NCBI GenBank assembly: GCA_964525635.1
Contig: CAZGJX010000072.1
Coordinates: 1 to 22,885 of the forward strand
Length of the DNA stretch: 22,885 nucleotides
Reading direction: 5' to 3'
From: an uncultured archaeon
GTDB taxonomy: Archaea > Asgardarchaeota > Lokiarchaeia > Sigyniarchaeales > SOKP01
Every line of letters begins with the position of its first letter. Positions within the stretch are counted from its first letter, which is position 1. The notes beneath the pieces are model-generated. The model was given only the letters and a program-made list of their open reading frames with translations. It did no database searches and was not told the DNA's origin. This document shows positions 16,362-22,885 of this stretch, one piece after another. Both the position numbers and the translations under genes were made by a program.

Positions 16362-17834
16362 CTAATAAATTGTATCTCCACTTGTCTTATTTACTTTAAA
16401 ATGTCTAAATTTAGTCTTTCCTCTATCTATTTTTTTATCAAATAGACCATTTTTCAAAATTTCTTCAGGAAACAAGTATTTTGCCATATGATATATCATT
16501 TCCTTACTTTCTATACAATTAAATAATTTTAAACTCTCACATGAGTAGAATATTTCACTCACCAAATCATAGTTTGTATCAAGACAAAAATCAATAATTT
16601 CTAAATTTCTATAAATTCTTGAGACAATGCTATCTAATATATCATAATTTTTGAGTTTATTAAGAGTATCTCTCATATAAGATAAAAATAAAACATAATA
16701 TGTAGCTTCAGAGGAGATTATTCCATCTCTATATTGAACTATTCCTTCTGGAGTAAACCTACGATCTATTTCTTCTAATATAGAATTAATTTTTTGTTTA
16801 TCAATTTTATCAATAAGACCAAGAACGTTATAAATTTTCAATATAACAACTAATTGTGAGGTTTCTAAATTCATTAAATATTGCTTCTCAAAAAAGGAAG
16901 CATCTGCTCTTATTAATTGTTCAATTTTTTTTTCTGATAAATCTAGATTAATTAATTCAATTGATTTGATAAAATAATAAACTTGATCAGTTGCTTCTAT
17001 AATAGTTGCATCAAATTCATCAATTATCTCACTATAGATTTCAAGTAAAAAGTTCTTAACTTTCTCTTCGTCTATTTCAATATTCAGAGATTTAGATAAA
17101 TAAAGTCCACAATAATATAAATCAGGATTTCTTAGAGTGACTAATGGCACAGAAACCAACCATTCATCAATATTTTTTTTAAGATATTCTTTGATTTTAG
17201 AAAAACCAAACACTCCTTCAAAATGAAAAAAATCGATTATTCTATAAATCATATAAATTAATTGAAGTCTATCCAAAGGATCTTCAATATTTTCGAGTCC
17301 TTCTATTTCACATTTATTTCCACTAAATTTCTTTATTATCTTATCCCTAATATTTATATATTTTTTTAGATTTGTTATTTTTTCAGAATTATTCTCAAGA
17401 AGATTCTTTAACTTCTGTAGTTCCATTATAATTTCAAAGGGTAATATTCCTTTTGATTTCAATTCTAAAATTAATGGTGCAACACTTGTATCTACAAGAT
17501 AATCTACTATTTTCTCTAGTATTATTTCATAAACAACCGGAGATATTTTCTTTTTGTATACATCGATTGACGAATTGAATGTAATTCTTTCGTTGTCTAT
17601 TTTTCTTATAAATGGATCTGAAAATTTACTATCAATTTCTTCATGAGAAAAACCTAATTCTACAAATTCTTTTGTAAGTTTTTCGATAATTGAGTCTAAT
17701 GATTTTTTCTGTTCATGCTCATCAAAGATTATCTTATTAATAATCTTTTGAAAAAATTTATTTATACTTCTATAAAAGGCTTCACTTTCATTAAAGTATA
17801 AGTCTAATATATTAAATAGTCCTTGATAAATCAT
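16362..17834 (-). CDS. Hypothetical all-alpha protein; C-terminal half possibly prenyltransferase/squalene-oxidase-repeat-like
   Basis: 490-aa clean ORF with recurring units DLYYCGLYL, TDQVYYFIKSIELI, EATYYVLF and EIFYSCESLKL. The fold call is tentative. Confidence 0.7.
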   Translation of the reverse strand: MIYQGLFNILDLYFNESEAFYRSINKFFQKIINKIIFDEHEQKKSLDSIIEKLTKEFVELGFSHEEIDSKFSDPFIRKIDNERITFNSSIDVYKKKISPVVYEIILEKIVDYLVDTSVAPLILELKSKGILPFEIIMELQKLKNLLENNSEKITNLKKYINIRDKIIKKFSGNKCEIEGLENIEDPLDRLQLIYMIYRIIDFFHFEGVFGFSKIKEYLKKNIDEWLVSVPLVTLRNPDLYYCGLYLSKSLNIEIDEEKVKNFLLEIYSEIIDEFDATIIEATDQVYYFIKSIELINLDLSEKKIEQLIRADASFFEKQYLMNLETSQLVVILKIYNVLGLIDKIDKQKINSILEEIDRRFTPEGIVQYRDGIISSEATYYVLFLSYMRDTLNKLKNYDILDSIVSRIYRNLEIIDFCLDTNYDLVSEIFYSCESLKLFNCIESKEMIYHMAKYLFPEEILKNGLFDKKIDRGKTKFRHFKVNKTSGDTIY

Positions 17835-18110
17835 TCAATCTCATTAATTTTACTTTATATTATCTTAGTATCTATTTCTTAAATAATAAATAAAAACGGG
17901 AAATTTTATATTTAACTATTTTATTAAAAATATCAGGATTTATCTAGAGTATTCCTTATGAATTTATCCTAAAACTTAAGAATATTCCATTTTATCGAAA
18001 TAAGCTAAGAAATAGTATTCAAGATAAAAATTTTAAACAAATACATATTATATTTATTAATTAATCTCAATTTATCTCTCTGATTAACTTTTAAAATGAA
18101 GTGATATAAA

Positions 18111-19958
18111 ATGTGTGGAATCTTTGGAATAATTACATCTAAAAATATAGAAATTGGCAAAATAGCTCTAGATGGGATTAAAAGATTAGAATATAGAGGA
18201 TATGACTCATGTGGAATTGTATCTAATAAAGATGGGCAATTATTTATTAAAAAAGATTCTGGAAGAATACAAGAAATACATGATAAATTAAACTTTAATA
18301 ATTTATTTGGAAATATAGCGCTTGCTCATACACGATGGGCTACACATGGAGCGCCTGTAAAAAAAAATAGTCATCCCCTTGTAGATTGTAATAACGAAAT
18401 AGCTGTAATTCATAATGGTATTATAGAAAACTTCATTGAATTAAAGAGAGAATTAGAATCACAGGGACATGAGTTTAAATCAGAGACAGATACTGAAATT
18501 ATTCCACATTTAATAGAAGAAAACTTAGGAAAAGGATTAGAATTTAAAGATGCTGTAATTGTCTCTCTAAAAAAATGTAAGGGCTCTTATGGTATTGCTA
18601 TATGCTATACTAAAGAACCCGATATGATAATTATAGCTCGAAAAGAATCTCCACTTATTGTAGGTATTGAAGAGGGAAAAACTAGCTATTGTGCTTCAGA
18701 TATTCCTGCTTTGCTTCCCTATACTCGTAATTGTTATATATTAGAGGATAATGAATTAGCCATACTAAGAGCTGGCGAGATAGATTTTTATAATATTGAA
18801 AATTCAGTGATAAAAATTGAAAAAATATCAAATTATATCGACTGGAATGTAGATGCCGCAGAAAAGGGAGGATATGAGCATTTTATGCTTAAGGAAATAT
18901 ATGAAGAACCTATAGCTTTAAAAAAAACTCTGAAAATATCTAAAAATGATCTTGAATTATTTGCGAAAGAATTAATATCTGCTGATAATATATATATAAC
19001 AGCCGCAGGTACATCTTTTTATGCTTCATTAGCAGGAAAATTTATAATTACAAAGTTTCTCGGTAAATATATACAAGAAATTGAATGTAGTGAGTTTGAA
19101 AATCAATTAACAAACGCCTTAGAAGATAATGCTGTTATTATTGCTGTTTCTCAATCAGGAGAGACAATTGATTTAATTGAAGCTATAAGATGGGCGAGAA
19201 ATATAAAGAAGACAATAAAAATTTTATCAATAACTAATATTGTTGGATCATCAATTACGAGATATTCAGATCATGTAATTATAACACAAGCAGGACCTGA
19301 AATTGGGGTTGCTGCAACTAAAACTTATTGCACACAGGTTCTAACACTATCTTTAATTGCATTAAAAATAGGTGAATTAAGAAACAAAATATCATCAACA
19401 GAAATTAAAAGCTATTTGGAGGCTCTAAAATCAACACCAAATATTATTGAAACATTTTTAGAAAAAAATAATGATTTAATAAAAGAAATTGTCAGTAGTT
19501 TAGAGAAAAATGCCAATTACTTCTTTTTGGCTCGTGGAAGTTCAATAGCTACAGCAAAAGAGGGAGGGCTTAAACTAAAAGAGGTTGCTTGTAGATTCAT
19601 TGAAGGTTATTCTGCAGCTCATGCAAAACATGGTCCTATTTCATTAGTTAGAAAAGGATTTCCTATAATTTTTATTGCTCCACCTGATGAATCTTATAAA
19701 AGATTAATCGGAAATGTAATGGAATTTAAATCTAGAGGTGGTTATATATTGTCTATAGTTGTTGAATCTGATGAATTAATAACTGAATTAAGCGATATGA
19801 CTATCCGAATTCCACAACCATCTAATAAATATTATAATTTATTTAGTCCAATTACATTCATTCCTGCTCTCCAACTCCTCGCATATTATGCTGCTCTTGC
19901 CCATGGATTGGATCCAGATAAACCTTTGAATCTAGCTAAGACAGTAACTGTACATTAA
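18111..19958 (+). CDS. glmS: Glutamine--fructose-6-phosphate aminotransferase (isomerizing)
   Basis: MCGIFG, RLEYRGYDS, HTRWATHG, HNGIIENF, SETDTE, SQSGET, GPEIGVAATKTY, LKLKE, KHGP, NLAKTVTV. Confidence 0.98.
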   Translation: MCGIFGIITSKNIEIGKIALDGIKRLEYRGYDSCGIVSNKDGQLFIKKDSGRIQEIHDKLNFNNLFGNIALAHTRWATHGAPVKKNSHPLVDCNNEIAVIHNGIIENFIELKRELESQGHEFKSETDTEIIPHLIEENLGKGLEFKDAVIVSLKKCKGSYGIAICYTKEPDMIIIARKESPLIVGIEEGKTSYCASDIPALLPYTRNCYILEDNELAILRAGEIDFYNIENSVIKIEKISNYIDWNVDAAEKGGYEHFMLKEIYEEPIALKKTLKISKNDLELFAKELISADNIYITAAGTSFYASLAGKFIITKFLGKYIQEIECSEFENQLTNALEDNAVIIAVSQSGETIDLIEAIRWARNIKKTIKILSITNIVGSSITRYSDHVIITQAGPEIGVAATKTYCTQVLTLSLIALKIGELRNKISSTEIKSYLEALKSTPNIIETFLEKNNDLIKEIVSSLEKNANYFFLARGSSIATAKEGGLKLKEVACRFIEGYSAAHAKHGPISLVRKGFPIIFIAPPDESYKRLIGNVMEFKSRGGYILSIVVESDELITELSDMTIRIPQPSNKYYNLFSPITFIPALQLLAYYAALAHGLDPDKPLNLAKTVTVH

Positions 19959-20013
19959 ACTTTAATTATTTATAAAAAAATAAAATTCAATAAAATAATT
20001 AGAAATATCTTCC

Positions 20014-21504
20014 TTATAAATTTCTTATTTCAAATAAATGAAATTCCTCTGCGTTTAATTCAATATAATATCCATAATTATTTAACTCATCACCATGAAG
20101 AAAATATTCATCTTTTGTAAACATATCTTCAAATAATATCACTTTTTTATTAAATTGAAGAGATGGAATTTTAATATAACCTTTAGCGGGAAGTTCATTT
20201 AAATTTAAGACAATAAGAAAATGATTATAATGGTCCCACCAATGGTATGAGATTAAATATTTTGAGGAAATCAGATCTTGATTAAATGGATTAATATCAC
20301 ATAATTCCCATTTACCGCTCTTAATTTGTCTTTTTGATATCAATGATAATAGATTCTGATAAAAATTTAATAATTCATCATTTACTCCTTCATTAGATCT
20401 CCTTTTTAATTGAACAGGTAATTTTATGTTATAACCTTTCATTTGACCATCATAAATCAATCCCATTCCTGGAAGAGTTAAAACGAAAGTTGCTGCTGTT
20501 TTGGATTTTTCTAGTCCTAAAACATTATATGCTCTTTTTTCATCATGATTTTCAATAAATCTAACAAGTTTTTCTTGGTAAATTATATCAGCTTTCAGGT
20601 GATCTTTAATAACAATAATGTCTTTTTTTAAAATTCTATCATATAATCTCTTATCATAACAAAAATCAAATCCCAGTTGTAGTAAATCCCATTCCATATC
20701 CCAATATACTTCCGCTATAAATTTAAAATCAGGATATTTATCTTTGACTTTTGGAATAACTTCTTCCCAAAATTCTTTTTGAAAAGGAGGCCCTGTTTTT
20801 TCCTTCCATGTTCCTTTAAAAACTTCATTTGTCAATAACATTGCCATATCACAACGAACTCCATCACATTGTTCAGCAATTAAAAGTAATGTGTTAATTG
20901 TTTTTTTTCGAGCTTCGGAAGAAAAGATATTAATTTGAACAGTATCTGTCCATGGAGGAAAATTAGGATCCTTTCCATATGCATATACAATTCCATATTT
21001 TGAGAAATAATTATCAGGTTGAGTCATTAAATCATTTGTTGTCCCTTTAATGAACATATCTGATTTTTCCAAAATCCAAAGATGATCAATTGCTACATGA
21101 TTTGGGACATAATCTAAAATTAGTTTTATATTTCTTGTTTCTAGTTTTTCTCGAAAACGAGCTAATGCTTCATTTCCCCCTAATTGGCTATCAACATGAT
21201 AATAATGAATTGCATAAGGTGAACCTATAATATCCTCTTCTTTAAGGTCATCTAATGCACTTTTAAACTCTTCTTGGAGTCCTGAATGTTCTAAAGCAAT
21301 TCTCTTACTAGTTGGACTTCTTTCCCAGACACCCATTAACCATACTGCATTAAAATATTTAATATACTTTTCAAATATTTCATCTGGGATATTGTCAAGG
21401 GTAATTTCCTCATGAAATTCTTCTGATAATTGATTTAACCATGGTAATGTATTTATTTCATAAATATTTGGATGTTTTGGCCATTTTGTATTTGAATTTT
21501 CCAT
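20014..21504 (-). CDS. GH13 alpha-amylase-family glycoside hydrolase
   Basis: Conserved regions DYVPNH, DGVRCDMA, FIAEVYW and FIENHDE carry the catalytic D/E/D. No signal peptide. Confidence 0.93.
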   Translation of the reverse strand: MENSNTKWPKHPNIYEINTLPWLNQLSEEFHEEITLDNIPDEIFEKYIKYFNAVWLMGVWERSPTSKRIALEHSGLQEEFKSALDDLKEEDIIGSPYAIHYYHVDSQLGGNEALARFREKLETRNIKLILDYVPNHVAIDHLWILEKSDMFIKGTTNDLMTQPDNYFSKYGIVYAYGKDPNFPPWTDTVQINIFSSEARKKTINTLLLIAEQCDGVRCDMAMLLTNEVFKGTWKEKTGPPFQKEFWEEVIPKVKDKYPDFKFIAEVYWDMEWDLLQLGFDFCYDKRLYDRILKKDIIVIKDHLKADIIYQEKLVRFIENHDEKRAYNVLGLEKSKTAATFVLTLPGMGLIYDGQMKGYNIKLPVQLKRRSNEGVNDELLNFYQNLLSLISKRQIKSGKWELCDINPFNQDLISSKYLISYHWWDHYNHFLIVLNLNELPAKGYIKIPSLQFNKKVILFEDMFTKDEYFLHGDELNNYGYYIELNAEEFHLFEIRNL

Positions 21505-21654
21505 TATTAATCATCCTTTTTTTAAATAAAATATAATAGAATCTAATATTCTTGAATTAAAATTTTTTTTATTTGGTTTAATTCTTAAATTCATCCTAAG
21601 TATTTTAATTATTGTAAAGAGATATAAAAATGAGATGATAAAGTTGAGATGAAA

Positions 21655-22518
21655 TTACTTTTTTTCAATGATAACTTTTTTATTTTTTAATTGTGTGAGT
21701 ATAGTTTTCATTGTTTTTTTTTTTCTGAGCGAAATTGGATTGTTTTTTATCTCAATTTTTTTTAAAAGCTTTAAATTAGTTATTGATTTTGGTAAATACT
21801 TCAATTTATTATTATTTAATGCAAGATATTCAAGTGATTCTAGATTTCCAATTGATTCAGGTAGAATAATTATTTGATTTTTACTTAAAATCAGCTTTTT
21901 AAGGGATATTAAATTACATATCGATTCTGGGAGCTTAGTTAATTTACAATTCTTTATGTAAAGAGTTTCAAGTGATTTTGAATCACCTAGTGACTCCGGA
22001 ATTGAAGATATGTTATTATTTTTAAGATATATACATTTAAGATGCTTTAAATCAAATAAACTCTCTGGAATTTTCTCTAAATTCTTTATTTTTAATATAA
22101 TAATTTCAATATCCTTAAAAATTGTGATTGATTCAGGAATAATGTGAATATCTTCCTCATATAACTCAATTCCAACAATTTTATCGGCAATTATCTTTAA
22201 AAGTGATTTTTCATAACAATGATCTTCTTTAATTTTTAATGGATTTCTAATTATACTCTCCAAATCTTTTATTGATTGAATTATCTCTTCAGAATAACCT
22301 TTAATCCATTTTAATTTAAAAGAAGCATCCATTTCAATTTGAACTCCTTTTTCAATTAAAGTATTTAAAACTACAGGAAAATCACTGAAATGATTTCCTC
22401 TTATACTTATTTTGCTTAAATTATCAAGCTGTGTAAGTGATTCAGGTAGTGTTGAAAGATTATTATTATTTAAATTGAGGATTCGAAGTGATTTAAGATT
22501 TTTAATCAACAAGGACAA
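21655..22518 (-). CDS. Leucine-rich repeat protein, apparently 5'-truncated
   Basis: LRRs such as LPESIGNLESLEYLALNNNKLKYLPKSITNL. The protein begins mid-repeat, and its TTG start lies inside the antisense of another gene fragment. Confidence 0.8.
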   Translation of the reverse strand: MSLLIKNLKSLRILNLNNNNLSTLPESLTQLDNLSKISIRGNHFSDFPVVLNTLIEKGVQIEMDASFKLKWIKGYSEEIIQSIKDLESIIRNPLKIKEDHCYEKSLLKIIADKIVGIELYEEDIHIIPESITIFKDIEIIILKIKNLEKIPESLFDLKHLKCIYLKNNNISSIPESLGDSKSLETLYIKNCKLTKLPESICNLISLKKLILSKNQIIILPESIGNLESLEYLALNNNKLKYLPKSITNLKLLKKIEIKNNPISLRKKKTMKTILTQLKNKKVIIEKK

Positions 22519-22845
22519 ACTGGAAATGTTATCAATTGGTTTGCAACAGATGCATATCCTGCATCTTATTCAATATCCCAAAATGGCTCTGTTGTAGAGA
22601 GTGGAACATGGAATTCAATGGTAGTTAAAACATTTAAGGTTGATGGATTATCTTCTGGTATCTATGTTTATACATTTGAAGTATATGATGAAGCTGGATT
22701 ATATGATTCTGATACAGTAATGGTTACTGTATTACCTGCTACTAATCAAAACATATCTTTTGGTGATCTTTAGATTTTTTTTAGCATTATTAGTATATTA
22801 GGATTAATAATTTATGTAAAAAAGAAAAAATGGTTAATTTTATAG
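22507..22845 (+). pseudogene. 3' remnant of a surface protein: Ig-like domain plus C-terminal sorting/membrane anchor (Loki-CTERM-like), with internal TAG
   Basis: Manual translation QQGQTGNVINWFATDAYPASYSISQNGSVVESGTWNSMVVKTFKVDGLSSGIYVYTFEVYDEAGLYDSDTVMVTVLPATNQNISFGDL*IFFSIISILGLIIYVKKKKWLIL*. TAG at 22771-22773. No start or signal peptide; upstream TGA at 22489. Confidence 0.82.
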
Positions 22846-22885
22846 ATGAATGATCAATTATAAATTAACCCCTTTTTTTATTTTC

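Noticed and set aside
21668-22597. ORF-track ORFs 21668-21877 and 22412-22597 (+)
   Set aside because: Antisense to the LRR gene. The second is also out of frame with the real Ig-like fragment.
22771-22773. TAG as pyrrolysine or recoded stop
   Set aside because: TAG ends other genes here (1488-1490, 16362-16364), the gene is already truncated, and no pyl genes are in view.
1-22885. CRISPR array, tRNA, rRNA, transposase or integrase
   Set aside because: No regularly spaced repeats, cloverleaf or GC-rich RNA segments, or recombinase motifs were found by eye.

Overview
Very AT-rich chromosomal DNA, most consistent with an Asgard archaeon of the Lokiarchaeia/Promethearchaeota type. This is inferred from archaeal-style TATA boxes and GGTG ribosome-binding sites, LRR and TPR proteins, and an Ig-like domain ending in a Loki-CTERM-like tail. 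Housekeeping genes are nadE, purS-purQ-purL, purC, glmS, a GH13 glycoside hydrolase and a MazG-like pyrophosphatase. Accessory genes are an orphan gamma-class N6-adenine methyltransferase with a 4-Cys insert, a TPR protein, a PadR-Hsp20 pair, a membrane-anchored winged-helix regulator next to a small 4-Cys basic protein, an alpha/beta hydrolase and an LRR protein. Several things are missing from the ORF track: a ribbon-helix-helix gene (4077-4232), a 55-aa CxxC/HxxH microprotein (8004-8171) and a 5'-truncated surface-protein pseudogene (22507-22845). The most interesting signals are: (i) three ORFs whose best-placed start is ATT, 7-8 nt after a (G)GTG ribosome-binding site; (ii) a membrane wHTH gene, a perfect 24-bp palindrome and a bL28-like zinc protein in a row; (iii) a 146-bp long-stem inverted-repeat element with a 27-bp motif repeated 4.6 kb away; (iv) a back-to-back fusion of two 5'-truncated genes; and (v) hairpin-rich candidate ncRNAs. 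No rRNA, tRNA, CRISPR array or transposase was recognised.
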